NCBI GenBank assembly: GCA_023485845.1
Contig: JAMCZE010000014.1
Coordinates: forward strand, 1 to 63,991
DNA: 63,991 nucleotides
From: Patescibacteria group bacterium
Lineage (GTDB): Bacteria; Patescibacteriota; Microgenomatia; JAMCZE01
Direction: 5' to 3'
Part shown: positions 8,386-18,130 of the stretch, one piece after another
Position numbering within the stretch: position 1 is the stretch's first letter
Layout: every line of letters begins with the position of its first letter
Position numbers and translations under genes: made by a program
The notes under the pieces: generated by a model
What the model was told of the DNA's origin: nothing
Databases searched by the model: none
Seen by the model: the letters and a program-made list of their open reading frames with translations, nothing else

Positions 8386-9248
8386 ACTTACCGCCTCCGG
8401 TGATTGTCAAATCGACCGGCACTGGCAAAAAGGCCTTCGTCTTTGGAATTCTCTCCGTGTTTGTTTTAGCGGCCGGGTTAGCTTTGGGAGTTTTCTTGGT
8501 TTCGCGTCAGCAAAGCCAAGACATCAGGAGCAAAGCCGCCGGTTGTGATATGCGTTGGCCGGCCAAACCGGGGACAGCCTGCGCTAACAAATTGTCACCG
8601 GCCATGGATGCCACCAACGTTTCTTTGACGCCAGATTTTATTTGGGACTATGGCGGCTATCGTGATGGTGAGAACGGCGACTGCGTGGAGCCGTCGGGAT
8701 GCACTGGCTATTATGCTAATGTTATTGTCTGGGAAGGCAGTGATAAAGGGACAGAAGTGATGCGCTGTGGAGCGGTTATTGATTCCAATGGCAACCCGCC
8801 AAAATCTTGCAACTGGGTGAGTTTTTATCATAACGAACCATTAAAGCCCAACACTGATTATTGGTGGCGGGTGGAACCGGGAAGCAAAGAGACTAGTTCT
8901 CATGCCGACCAGACTTGGGACTATCACTTCAAAACCGGCGGGGAGACGACTGCCCCCACTGCTTCCTGTCAGAATGTCACGGCCGACAAAGATCTGAGTT
9001 CCGTTAAAATCGGGGACACGGTCACTTTCACCGGCAAGGGGACCGTGACCGACAGCACCGACTCAATTGACGAGATTAACTTCATAATTCTCAACGGGAC
9101 GACCAGTGTTTTCAATGATAACGCCCCGGCCACACTAGACTCTGGCAACACCTATAAAGCCACTAAGTCCATCACAATTAATTCCGCCGGCAGCTATAGT
9201 GTCCGCATCCGCGTGCACCAGAAGACTGCTGACAAATGGTATGAGTAA
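8358..9248 (+). CDS. Membrane-anchored extracellular protein
   Basis: N-terminal TM helix, Cys-rich and Ig-like C-terminal part, same operon. Confidence 0.6.
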   Translation: MEENSAPPINLPPPVIVKSTGTGKKAFVFGILSVFVLAAGLALGVFLVSRQQSQDIRSKAAGCDMRWPAKPGTACANKLSPAMDATNVSLTPDFIWDYGGYRDGENGDCVEPSGCTGYYANVIVWEGSDKGTEVMRCGAVIDSNGNPPKSCNWVSFYHNEPLKPNTDYWWRVEPGSKETSSHADQTWDYHFKTGGETTAPTASCQNVTADKDLSSVKIGDTVTFTGKGTVTDSTDSIDEINFIILNGTTSVFNDNAPATLDSGNTYKATKSITINSAGSYSVRIRVHQKTADKWYE

Positions 9249-10002
9249 AACAAAAATTGCCGTCATCAGTTTAGTGACCCTTCTGTTGGTCGGGATTTTG
9301 GGAACGGTGGCGGTGCTCACAGCCATGCGCCAAAACACCACGGCGCCGGTGGCGCCGACCGTTCCTCAAGCGGTGCCCCATGCCCAGGAGCCGACCACCA
9401 CTGCCACTTGTTCACTGACTTTCACCGTCACGGAGCAGACGCATAAAGAATGCCAAGATAACGCTTGTGCCACCGTTTCCGGCGCCGGGACAGACAGTTG
9501 CTCCAGTGACACCGATTGCATTACCTATAAATATAATAAGTGCGAAACCGGCGTTAATAACGCCAAAGTTTGCAAGCAAGAGGATTGCTCACCGAAAAAT
9601 GTTAATTGCTCTAACCAGTCAACTTGTCAAAGCGACAGCGATTGTCAGCCCCACTATCAGCATAAAGTTTGCCTGACCAATAACACTTGTGGCACGGTGG
9701 ATTGTTCCCCAAACACCACGCCTTGTTCTGACAGCTGTTCCTCCGACAGCCAATGTCAGCCGGCCACTCCACCGCCTTCGACACCGCCAACCACCACTGT
9801 TGTCCAAACTCACCGGGCCTGTGTGAACAATGCTTGCACCACTGTTTCCGGGGCGGGTGCGGACAGTTGCACCTCCGATGTCACCTGCGCACCAAAAGCG
9901 GTTGCTCCGGCAATTCCCAAATCTGGAAATGAAGTCTTCACCATCGGCGGCCTGCTTCTCGGTGCCGGTTCCATCCTGGTGGGCGTGCTTTTAATCTTGT
10001 AG
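9241..10002 (+). CDS. Cys-rich surface protein with two copies of the NAC-x-T-x-SGAG-x-D-x-C motif and a C-terminal anchor
   Basis: Start at ATG 9241 (MSKTKIAVISL...). The motifs are CQDNACATVSGAGTDSCSSDTDC and CVNNACTTVSGAGADSCTSDVTC. The end is IPKSGNE followed by a TM helix. Confidence 0.7.
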   Translation: MSKTKIAVISLVTLLLVGILGTVAVLTAMRQNTTAPVAPTVPQAVPHAQEPTTTATCSLTFTVTEQTHKECQDNACATVSGAGTDSCSSDTDCITYKYNKCETGVNNAKVCKQEDCSPKNVNCSNQSTCQSDSDCQPHYQHKVCLTNNTCGTVDCSPNTTPCSDSCSSDSQCQPATPPPSTPPTTTVVQTHRACVNNACTTVSGAGADSCTSDVTCAPKAVAPAIPKSGNEVFTIGGLLLGAGSILVGVLLIL

Positions 10003-10007
10003 TTTCT

Positions 10008-11060
10008 TTATTGCAGGCTTGCCGAGGGACTGGCTAGCTGAGATTGGATGAACTGGTGGACGGCGTCCCAGTTGCCGCTGGTCGGAAGGAGAATCCAACC
10101 CCGGTAATCCACCGGCGGGTTAATCAGATAGGTTTCATCCAACACGACACTTTTGATTGCCACCCCCCGGTATTGCAGGGTCACTTTGAGAAAGGCCCCG
10201 ATTTCCGATGGCGCAATGTCCGTGTCAATGTCGGTTTTCACCTGATTATAAATGGTTAGAATTTTTGCTGGATTTAAAAGGGTGTCGGTGGAAAAGATTT
10301 TATTTTTTAAAGCTTCCAGAACCAATTGTTGGCGGGCAGCCCGGGCAAAATCCGAACCTTCATCTCCAACCGCGTGACGGCTGCGGACAAATTTTAAGGC
10401 CGTGGCTCCGTCCATATGTTGGAAACCCGGGTCAAAGTGCAAGTGTTCATAGCGGCAGGGGAAAGCGGTGGCAGCAGAAGCATCGTCAACAATGGTGGCG
10501 GCAAGGCTAGCAGCCTGTTCGGGAGAAAAACCACAGGAGTCGTTTTCTTTGCCGTCAATAGGGTAAAGATAATCATCCAGCGGATGGGCAACGGTGACAT
10601 CAATGCCGCCAACCAAATCGACAATTTCCCGAAACACGGAAAAATTGCCCCGGATGGCGTAGTGAATTGGTAACCCTGTCACTTCGGTAGCGGCCGCTTT
10701 AGCCATCGCCAACCCCATCGGCGGGTTTTGGTCCTGGCCAAAAGCATAGGCGGCATTGATTTTGCTTTGAAGACTGTCCAAATAAATGTCTCGCGGCAGG
10801 GAAATAAGCGTTGCTTGGTGGGTTTTTGGCTGCAACGACAAGACAATCATCGAATCGGTCAAATTTGGTCCGTCATGGCCGGCATCGCCGATCCCCAAAA
10901 GAAGAATGTTAGTCCGACCGTTGTCATTTTTTAATGTCTGGTCGGCCAGAACGGCCTTTCCAGCCGAAGCCAGCGGAAGAAACAGTTTTAAAATCACAAC
11001 GGCAACCGCCAGAAACAGGGCGGCAAAGATGATTAATTTTCGGCGACTATTTTTTGGCAT
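10008..11060 (-). CDS. LytR-CpsA-Psr (LCP) family cell-envelope phosphotransferase
   Basis: TM anchor, then NILLLGIGD...LTDSMIVLSL...LISLPRDIYL. Confidence 0.85.
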   Translation of the reverse strand: MPKNSRRKLIIFAALFLAVAVVILKLFLPLASAGKAVLADQTLKNDNGRTNILLLGIGDAGHDGPNLTDSMIVLSLQPKTHQATLISLPRDIYLDSLQSKINAAYAFGQDQNPPMGLAMAKAAATEVTGLPIHYAIRGNFSVFREIVDLVGGIDVTVAHPLDDYLYPIDGKENDSCGFSPEQAASLAATIVDDASAATAFPCRYEHLHFDPGFQHMDGATALKFVRSRHAVGDEGSDFARAARQQLVLEALKNKIFSTDTLLNPAKILTIYNQVKTDIDTDIAPSEIGAFLKVTLQYRGVAIKSVVLDETYLINPPVDYRGWILLPTSGNWDAVHQFIQSQLASPSASLQ

Positions 11061-11701
11061 TGGTTAATGATAGCAGCAAAACTTTCCGGATCTAGTGATG
11101 CCTGGCCAACGACAAGACCAGAAATTAGGTTATAGGTTCTAAGTTCTAGAAAAGATAACACATTATCTGCGTTTACACTGCCGCCGTATAAAAACTGCCC
11201 GGTAAAGTTTAACTTACTTTTCCAGTCGGTTAAAACTGCATTGATTTTCTCCGGGCTTTCCGGGTGATATTGATTCTGCGTTGAGATTGCCTGCGCTGGT
11301 TCATACATAATTAAATACTTGTCGGCTGGGATATTCCTGATATTAGCCGGAATTTCTTCCAAGTTTTGGGCGCAAAGAATCGGGATGAGGCCGGCGGCGA
11401 TTGCCTGAGACATTTTTGCTTCCACTTCCTTGTTAGTTTCGTGCAGATCACAGCGCCGCTCACTGTGGCCCACCAGAACATATTTAACTTTTAAATCAGC
11501 CAACAGCCGGGCCGGCACTTCCCCGGTGTGGGCGCCAACATTAAAAGCGGACACATCCTGGGCGGCCCGGATAAACGGCGCGGTAACGGTGTCAATTAAT
11601 GGAAATGGCGCCGCTACAGCCACCTCGACGGAGCTGGTAGTTAGTAGCTGGTAGCTAGTAGCTAAGACGTTATTGGCTTTTAAATTGGCAACAATAAGCA
11701 T
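11033..11701 (-). CDS. tpiA: Triosephosphate isomerase
   Basis: ANLKAN..., VLVGHSERR, YGGSVN motifs. Confidence 0.9.
   Translation of the reverse strand: MLIVANLKANNVLATSYQLLTTSSVEVAVAAPFPLIDTVTAPFIRAAQDVSAFNVGAHTGEVPARLLADLKVKYVLVGHSERRCDLHETNKEVEAKMSQAIAAGLIPILCAQNLEEIPANIRNIPADKYLIMYEPAQAISTQNQYHPESPEKINAVLTDWKSKLNFTGQFLYGGSVNADNVLSFLELRTYNLISGLVVGQASLDPESFAAIINQCQKIVAEN
11128..11148. repeat. Heptanucleotide tandem tract GGTTATA GGTTCTA AGTTCTA inside tpiA
   Basis: Period-7 tract. 11127-11150 matches 20427-20450 (metG) at 23 of 24 nt. Confidence 0.8.
11633..11667. repeat. Heptanucleotide tandem tract (GCTGGTA GTTAGTA GCTGGTA GCTAGTA GCTAAGA) inside the tpiA 5' region
   Basis: Five phased 7-mers read directly from the sequence. 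Confidence 0.8.
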
Positions 11702-11709
11702 ATGTTATC

Positions 11710-13512
11710 ATGGCAATTGGTATGAATGATTTTCTCAAAGATCTTAATGAGAAACAACAGGCAGCTGTCAAAGAGACCGCTGGCCCGGTGCTAATTCTAG
11801 CCGGGGCGGGCTCCGGCAAGACGCGGGTGCTAACCTATCGGGTGGCCTATTTGATCTGCGTTAAAAAAGTGGCCCCGGAAAATATTTTGCTAGTGACCTT
11901 CACCAATAAAGCGGCCAAGGAGATGAAGGAGCGGGTTTCCCACTTGCTGTCGGACTCTGCCCAACCGTTTGCCGGAACGTTTCATAGTTTATGTGCCAAG
12001 ATTTTGCGCCAGGATGGCAAGGAAATTAGTATCGCCCCGCGGTTTCAGATTTATGATGACAACGATAGTCAGGACCTGATTAAAGAAGTGATGAAAAAGA
12101 TGGATATTTCTACTAAAGATTTTAATCCGGCGGCGGTGGCGGCCACCATCGGCCAGGCTAAGAACCAATTGATCAATTCCCTAGAATATCCCCAATATGC
12201 CCGGGGGTTTTTCCAGGAAACTGTCTCTCAAATTTACCTTTCCTACCAGAAGACGCTTAAAGAAAACGAAGCCTTGGACTTTGACGATCTGATCATGGAA
12301 ACCGTCCGGCTGTTTCGCAGCCGCCCAGAGGTTTTGGAAAAATATCAAGACCGGTTCCGCTATGTTCTGGTTGATGAATACCAGGACACCAACTTTGCCC
12401 AATTTGAATTAACCAAGTTGTTGGCAAAAAAATATGGGAACATCTGCGTGGTGGGCGATTTTTCTCAAAGCATTTATTCCTGGCGGGGAGCCGACTTTAA
12501 GAATCTGCTGCGTTTCAGAACGGAATTTCCTCAGACAAAAACATTTAATCTGGAGCAGAATTATCGCTCCACCCAGAAGATTCTTGACGCCGCTTACGGC
12601 GTGATTTCCAAAAATAAATCGCACCCGATTTTGAAATTATGGACTAATAATGACGGTGGTGACCGGATTTTTTTGTATGAAGCCCGTAACGAGCAGGATG
12701 AGGCAATCTTCATAATAAATTCAATAAAACAATTAAGTGATAAAACAATAAATTATTCTGATTACGCTGTGCTTTATCGGACTAATGCCCAGTCCCGGGT
12801 TTTGGAAGAGGCATTTTTGTATGCGGGAGTGCCCTACACCCTGGTGGGCGGCACCCGGTTTTATGAACGCAAAGAGGTGAAAGATGTTCTTTCCTATTTG
12901 CGCTTAATTCACAATCCCAAAGACACTGTGGCCTTGAAACGAGTCGAGAAACTTGGAAAAGGACGGTTAGAGAAGTATCGTTCTTTGGAAAAGAACGATA
13001 CTTTATTAAGTCAACCTACCCTTGGCGTTTTGGACCAAGTGTTAGCAGCCACCGGCTATTTGGAGTTGTTTGACGAGGAGGACGAAGAAGACCTGGCCAG
13101 GCTGGAGAACATTAAAGAGCTGCGCTCTGTGGCCCAGGAATTTACGTCTTTGGACGAATTCCTCGAAAACGTTGCCCTCGTTGAGAAGGAAAGCAGGCGG
13201 TCATCAAGCAGTGAAGCGGTAACGTTAATGACTCTCCATGCAGCCAAAGGACTGGAGTTTCCCACTGTCTTTATGGTGGGGATGGAGGAGGGGCTTTTTC
13301 CCCACAGTCGAGCGCTGATGGACATGTCGGAAATGGAAGAAGAGCGCCGGCTTTGTTATGTTGGGATCACCCGGGCCCGGGAAAAACTTTATCTTTCTTA
13401 TGCCCGTCACCGCCTATTCTTCGGCGCCCGCTCCTCCAACATGATTTCCCGCTTCATCGCCGACATTCCGGAACATTTGTTGGAAGCAAAATTTAGTTCG
13501 ATGCTAGAATAG
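11710..13512 (+). CDS. uvrD: UvrD/PcrA-type superfamily 1 DNA helicase
   Basis: AGAGSGKT Walker A, VDEYQDTN, YRS, TLHAAKGLEF and YVGITRA motifs. Confidence 0.9.
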   Translation: MAIGMNDFLKDLNEKQQAAVKETAGPVLILAGAGSGKTRVLTYRVAYLICVKKVAPENILLVTFTNKAAKEMKERVSHLLSDSAQPFAGTFHSLCAKILRQDGKEISIAPRFQIYDDNDSQDLIKEVMKKMDISTKDFNPAAVAATIGQAKNQLINSLEYPQYARGFFQETVSQIYLSYQKTLKENEALDFDDLIMETVRLFRSRPEVLEKYQDRFRYVLVDEYQDTNFAQFELTKLLAKKYGNICVVGDFSQSIYSWRGADFKNLLRFRTEFPQTKTFNLEQNYRSTQKILDAAYGVISKNKSHPILKLWTNNDGGDRIFLYEARNEQDEAIFIINSIKQLSDKTINYSDYAVLYRTNAQSRVLEEAFLYAGVPYTLVGGTRFYERKEVKDVLSYLRLIHNPKDTVALKRVEKLGKGRLEKYRSLEKNDTLLSQPTLGVLDQVLAATGYLELFDEEDEEDLARLENIKELRSVAQEFTSLDEFLENVALVEKESRRSSSSEAVTLMTLHAAKGLEFPTVFMVGMEEGLFPHSRALMDMSEMEEERRLCYVGITRAREKLYLSYARHRLFFGARSSNMISRFIADIPEHLLEAKFSSMLE

Positions 13513-13516
13513 ATAT

Positions 13517-14335
13517 ATGGAAAACGGAAACAGCCTCGTCTCTTTTCGAAATAAAGAAATTCGTCGTGTTTATAACGAGAAGGAAGAGAAATGGTATTTC
13601 TCTGTGGTAGATATAATTGCGGTTCTGACTGGGAGTTTAACCCCAAGAAATTACTGGAAGGTGTTGAAAAATCGATTAAAGAAAGAAGGTAGTCAAGTGG
13701 TTACAAACTGTAACCACTTGAAGCTTTTGGCAGATGATAACAGGTTTCGTCTAACTGATGTCGCAGATGTCGAGACACTTCTTCGACTGATTCAATCAGT
13801 TCCGTCTCCCAATGCGGAACCAATGAAGTTATGGTTAGCAAGAGTTGGTTACGAGCGAGTTCAAGAGGTCTCTGATCCTGAGAAAGCATTGAATCGGTCT
13901 CGGGAATATTGGCAGCGAATGGGACGAAGCCAACAGTGGATTCAGCAAAGAATGATGGGTCAGGAGATTAGGAATAAACTGACTGATTATTGGAAGTCGC
14001 ACAAAATCAAAGAGCAGAAAGAATACGCGATTCTCACAAATATTATTCACCAGGAATGGAGCAACCTCTCCGTTAGAGAGCACAAAAGTCTTAAGGGATT
14101 GAAGACGGAAAATTTGCGGGACCATATGTCTGATGCAGAATTGGTTTTTACCGCCCTGGCAGAACTTTCCACTCGCCAGATTGCGGAAACGGAGAAAGCT
14201 GTTGGAATGGTGCCGAATAAAATTGCTGGCAAAAAAGGCGGCCAGGTGGCCAAAAACGCCCGTCGGGAATTAGAGCAAAAAACCGGAAATAAAATCGTCT
14301 CCGGCAGAAATTTCCTACTAACAAGTGATAGGTAA
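13517..14335 (+). CDS. Bro-N domain / DinD-like (DNA-damage-inducible protein D family) protein
   Basis: The N-terminal FRNKEIRRV...KWYFSVVDIIAVL is Bro-N-like. The C-terminal part parallels E. coli DinD (from memory). Confidence 0.5.
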   Translation: MENGNSLVSFRNKEIRRVYNEKEEKWYFSVVDIIAVLTGSLTPRNYWKVLKNRLKKEGSQVVTNCNHLKLLADDNRFRLTDVADVETLLRLIQSVPSPNAEPMKLWLARVGYERVQEVSDPEKALNRSREYWQRMGRSQQWIQQRMMGQEIRNKLTDYWKSHKIKEQKEYAILTNIIHQEWSNLSVREHKSLKGLKTENLRDHMSDAELVFTALAELSTRQIAETEKAVGMVPNKIAGKKGGQVAKNARRELEQKTGNKIVSGRNFLLTSDR

Positions 14336-14336
14336 A

Positions 14337-15179
14337 TTATCTAATCGGAGAGATGTTATAGTAAGAATAGAAATTCTCAATTGCACATTTTGGTTGCCAG
14401 ACGGGATTAGGAAATGCGTCAATTAATTCTTTCCAAGTGGCTGCTGTTTTAATTTTGGCCATGAAGCGATCGACTAGGTCGTATTTGATACCGCCTTGGC
14501 TGTTAAGGAATTGTCCCCAGATGGAATCTCCTTGCAGGGACATTCCGGTTTTCATTCCGTCGGAAACTGGATAGCCCTCAGGCACCAGTCGAACCATGTG
14601 GGCGATGAATTCCGGCGGATAGATATTGCGATAGGCGACAGTGTTATAAAGCCAGGAACCGCCAATTACAGTTTCTGCTTGTGGGCACGATTGACTAATG
14701 GCGGTGAACATTTGCTTCATCTCCTCTTGTCGCTTATCTCGATTGACACTAGCGAGCTCACTTTTCTCACCCCGTTTAAGGGAAGAAACATGAACTTTGA
14801 TAACCTTTCCGTTATCTAATGGCTCAAAGCGAAAAATCCCAAAATGGAAACCATCATTTTTCGGAATTGGGTCTTCATATTTACTGTGAGGTTGTGATAA
14901 ATACCAAGAGTACAAAATGTTAGTAATCGTCTCTGCATCTTGATCCGTGCAGGATTCCATGAGCCCCCGCCACTTAGGAGATTCGGATCCTTTTGAGAAT
15001 TTATGTCGAAAAAGTCTTCTGTATAAAGCTGTGTTTCTGGTCAAACTTTCTGTCGGAGTGATTCCTTGTATTAATGTTGCTTTCTCGGCGAACACGACTT
15101 GAGCTTCGAAATATCCCCGGGGGTGCTCCGGCAAATTCTCCGGTTCTTTTGTTTGCTTGTTTCCTGGCTCTGGGGTCAT
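14337..15179 (-). CDS. Hypothetical protein (280 aa)
   Basis: Long intact ORF. No motif recognised. Confidence 0.55.
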   Translation of the reverse strand: MTPEPGNKQTKEPENLPEHPRGYFEAQVVFAEKATLIQGITPTESLTRNTALYRRLFRHKFSKGSESPKWRGLMESCTDQDAETITNILYSWYLSQPHSKYEDPIPKNDGFHFGIFRFEPLDNGKVIKVHVSSLKRGEKSELASVNRDKRQEEMKQMFTAISQSCPQAETVIGGSWLYNTVAYRNIYPPEFIAHMVRLVPEGYPVSDGMKTGMSLQGDSIWGQFLNSQGGIKYDLVDRFMAKIKTAATWKELIDAFPNPVWQPKCAIENFYSYYNISPIR

Positions 15180-15198
15180 GATCTCTAATTATAGCAGT

Positions 15199-16635
15199 TC
15201 AGATTGGTTCCGGGCTCCAGGGGGGTGGGGTGACGGGAGAGAAGTTTTGGTAGAGATAGATGCTGCCGAATTTGGCGGCGAGACAGTAGTCTTTTGCTAA
15301 AAAATCTTCCAGGGAGGGGAAAGGAAACTGCACCGGCCGGGTGACGGCGATAATTTTTGGCTGGAATTTCACCAGGCGCTCCATGATTAAGTTATAGTTA
15401 GACGCCGGAATGGTTGTCAGGTGATGGGCCTGGATGAATTTAGTGGCCGCCGGACGATCGGAGAGGTCATAGATCGACGCTGTGTCCCCCCAAACAAAGA
15501 TAGAGTTGCTAGGATTCGTGTTCTGGATTATATATTGAGCAGCAGCATAGCCATTTAGCGTTCGGGGGTCGAAATAGCTAGCATAATCAGTCCAGGCTTC
15601 CCGCTCAGAAATATAGTTAAAGAAATTTTGGTAATAACTTCTTGGTTCCAGGGCAAAAGCGCCGACAAAGGAACGGGCCAGCACAACAAGGAGTATTATG
15701 TATAATGTATTAAGTATCATGTATTGACGTAGGTGAGCAACAAGATAGGTGAATAACAACACAGCCGGGGGAACGATTTGTAAGAGATAATGCCGATAGG
15801 GCCGGTTGGAAAGAAGCGCTCCATAAAGGGAAAATCCAAACCACAAGCCCAGAAATAGCAGTTCGGCCGAGATTAATTTTCTCCGATAGCTAAAAGCCAA
15901 CAGCCCCGAGCCAAAAGCTAAGATAATTCCTTTAATAAACAGGGGATTTGATAATTTGGACAGCGGCCCGGAATCAACGGAAACATAAGAGGCATTCTGG
16001 GAAAAAGCGGCGGTGACAAAATCCCCCAGGGCATGGTTAAGGGCAAAGTAGCCAAAAACGGCCACCACCGGAACGATAAACCCGACTGCCATTGAAATAA
16101 TTTTTCTGGGTTCAAATTTAATTAAAGCCATCGCCAGACCCAGACCGGCAAAGTCAAGGATGGCCGGAACTTTGAGAAGGAAGGCGATGGCCGCCAACAC
16201 GCCGATCCAAAAACCGTTGCGCCGCTGCCAAATCATAATGGCGCCAAGGGTAATCGGCAGGGTGAAATAGAGTTCGGCGTTGGCGATGGTTCCCTCAAGA
16301 ATCGGCAGTGACAAGAGAGTGCCGGTTAAAAGGGCGGCGATATAGCTTTTCTTGAAAAGATAGAAAACACCCGTAATTGTTCCTAAAACGGCCGCCGTGG
16401 CGGAAAGCTTTGCCCACAGTAAAGTGGGGCTAATGGCGTAGATAACATAAAGCAGTGGGGTTTTGTTGTCCCAGATGTCCCGGTAGAGCACGGCTCCCCG
16501 GCGCATCATCTCGCCCAAAACCAAGTAAATTTCCTCATCCCCATACCAATGTGGTTCAAAAAAGCTCGGCAAGCGCAGCAGAAAAATAAAAAAAAGAATT
16601 CCCAGGAGCCAAAAGTTAATTTTTAACTTGGGCAT
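15199..16635 (-). CDS. Polytopic membrane glycosyltransferase (GT39/ArnT-like)
   Basis: Many TM helices. The first loop has HWYGDEEIY (DE motif). Confidence 0.6.
   Translation of the reverse strand: MPKLKINFWLLGILFFIFLLRLPSFFEPHWYGDEEIYLVLGEMMRRGAVLYRDIWDNKTPLLYVIYAISPTLLWAKLSATAAVLGTITGVFYLFKKSYIAALLTGTLLSLPILEGTIANAELYFTLPITLGAIMIWQRRNGFWIGVLAAIAFLLKVPAILDFAGLGLAMALIKFEPRKIISMAVGFIVPVVAVFGYFALNHALGDFVTAAFSQNASYVSVDSGPLSKLSNPLFIKGIILAFGSGLLAFSYRRKLISAELLFLGLWFGFSLYGALLSNRPYRHYLLQIVPPAVLLFTYLVAHLRQYMILNTLYIILLVVLARSFVGAFALEPRSYYQNFFNYISEREAWTDYASYFDPRTLNGYAAAQYIIQNTNPSNSIFVWGDTASIYDLSDRPAATKFIQAHHLTTIPASNYNLIMERLVKFQPKIIAVTRPVQFPFPSLEDFLAKDYCLAAKFGSIYLYQNFSPVTPPPWSPEPI
15693..15727. repeat. 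Heptanucleotide tandem tract (GTATTAT GTATAAT GTATTAA GTATCAT GTATTGA) inside the GT39-like gene
   Basis: Five phased 7-mers, followed by a 14-nt periodic TAGGTGA-n7 pair. Confidence 0.75.
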
Positions 16636-16645
16636 TAATTATATT

Positions 16646-18130
16646 TTACGCCTTTTTCTCTGTGACATGATAGCCCAGATATTTGCCCAGCATTAAGCGC
16701 GTTTGCGATTCCAACCCCGGCATGGAGCCCAGGACTAGCCCGGTGATTGGCAGCAGCAGCCATTGAAGATAAGTGACGGGCAGAAGCATGTGGCGCAGTT
16801 TATTTCGCAGCAGCAGATCATAGACAGTGATGGCAACAGCGCCAATCATGCAAATCGTCAGGATTAAGCTGCTAGTTCGTGAGAGGTTAAATCCCAGCGT
16901 GGTTCTGGCAAAAGCGGGATTAAGAAGGGTGGGAATGGTGGCGCCAAGGGTGATGAGAAACCAAGAGGTGCTCCAGGCGAAATGGGTCTCCAAGGCCAGT
17001 GACAGTTTGACCAATTTGTCCCAGAAAGGAATTTCCGGGTGAAGAAAAAAGTTTTTGACCACATAAGGGATGTCCACTGCTCCCCAGGCCCAACGTTTGT
17101 GTTGTTGGTAGCCATTTTTAAAAGTTTCCCAATGGGTGCCCGCTTCAGCAGCATCGATGGAAACCGGTAAATAAACCGGCGTAACATAGGTTTTTCCCTT
17201 AAGAAAGAAGTAACACTTGTAATAGAGATGGGCGTCCTCAGGAATGACATCCACATCCCAATAACCAACTTGATCAAGAAGCCTAAGAGAAAGCGAATAT
17301 GTTGAATAATTTAAAAACCGTTGACTATATTTTTGCAGGACAGAAAGGAAATAAATTCCACCAATAATTGAGGGAAGGCGAATGTAGACCGGGACACGTT
17401 GAATGTTGTTATGCATAAAAATCGGTGCCTGAAAAAAATTATTGAAGGGGTGAGGCGAAGTGAGAAATTTATAAGTAAGTAGGGAAAAATATTGCTCAGG
17501 AAAAACACAGTCGATATCAGAAGTGGTAATTAAGATGTCCTCAATAGGGACTTTAAGTTTTTCCACCAGAGTTTTTTTGGCTTGTCTGGCGGCGTAGGCC
17601 TCATTACTGTGTTTGCCAATAGTTTCCCCAGGAGCAAGCGGGTGAGAAGTGACCAAAAAGTGGCCAAATTTATGTTGGTATTTTTGTAACAGAAGTTCAG
17701 CTCTTTTACGGTTAAACTCCTTTCCGGCACGCTCTTCCATGGCGATAACGACCATTATTTTTTTTGTCGGGAAACTTTGGGCCAAAAGAGAATCCAGATT
17801 GCGCTGGGCCAACTCCAAGGGTTCCTTAACCATGGGAATAATGATGATGTTCCAAACAGAGTTGGGTTTTAATTTTTCTTGCCAATTAATTTTCTTGGTG
17901 GCGCGGATGTTTAAATAGCCCAAAGTGGCATAAAAAGCTAGCTGAACGCAGCGATAGAGCCAGTAGATATTAAAAGCGATGATAAAGTAGGCAATGACGT
18001 CGGGAATAAAAAAACTGCCGACGATAACGGAGGCGATAATTAACCAGGGAACCAGCCCGGTCAAGATTTCCAACCCTCGCTGGGTGCGGACGGGATGATA
18101 GTGGATGTAGTCAACAATGCGATCATTCAT
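16646..18130 (-). CDS. Membrane-embedded family 2 glycosyltransferase (processive synthase-like)
   Basis: TTSDIDCVF and the QQHKRWAWG (QxxRW) motif, flanked by TM helices. Confidence 0.75.
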   Translation of the reverse strand: MNDRIVDYIHYHPVRTQRGLEILTGLVPWLIIASVIVGSFFIPDVIAYFIIAFNIYWLYRCVQLAFYATLGYLNIRATKKINWQEKLKPNSVWNIIIIPMVKEPLELAQRNLDSLLAQSFPTKKIMVVIAMEERAGKEFNRKRAELLLQKYQHKFGHFLVTSHPLAPGETIGKHSNEAYAARQAKKTLVEKLKVPIEDILITTSDIDCVFPEQYFSLLTYKFLTSPHPFNNFFQAPIFMHNNIQRVPVYIRLPSIIGGIYFLSVLQKYSQRFLNYSTYSLSLRLLDQVGYWDVDVIPEDAHLYYKCYFFLKGKTYVTPVYLPVSIDAAEAGTHWETFKNGYQQHKRWAWGAVDIPYVVKNFFLHPEIPFWDKLVKLSLALETHFAWSTSWFLITLGATIPTLLNPAFARTTLGFNLSRTSSLILTICMIGAVAITVYDLLLRNKLRHMLLPVTYLQWLLLPITGLVLGSMPGLESQTRLMLGKYLGYHVTEKKA

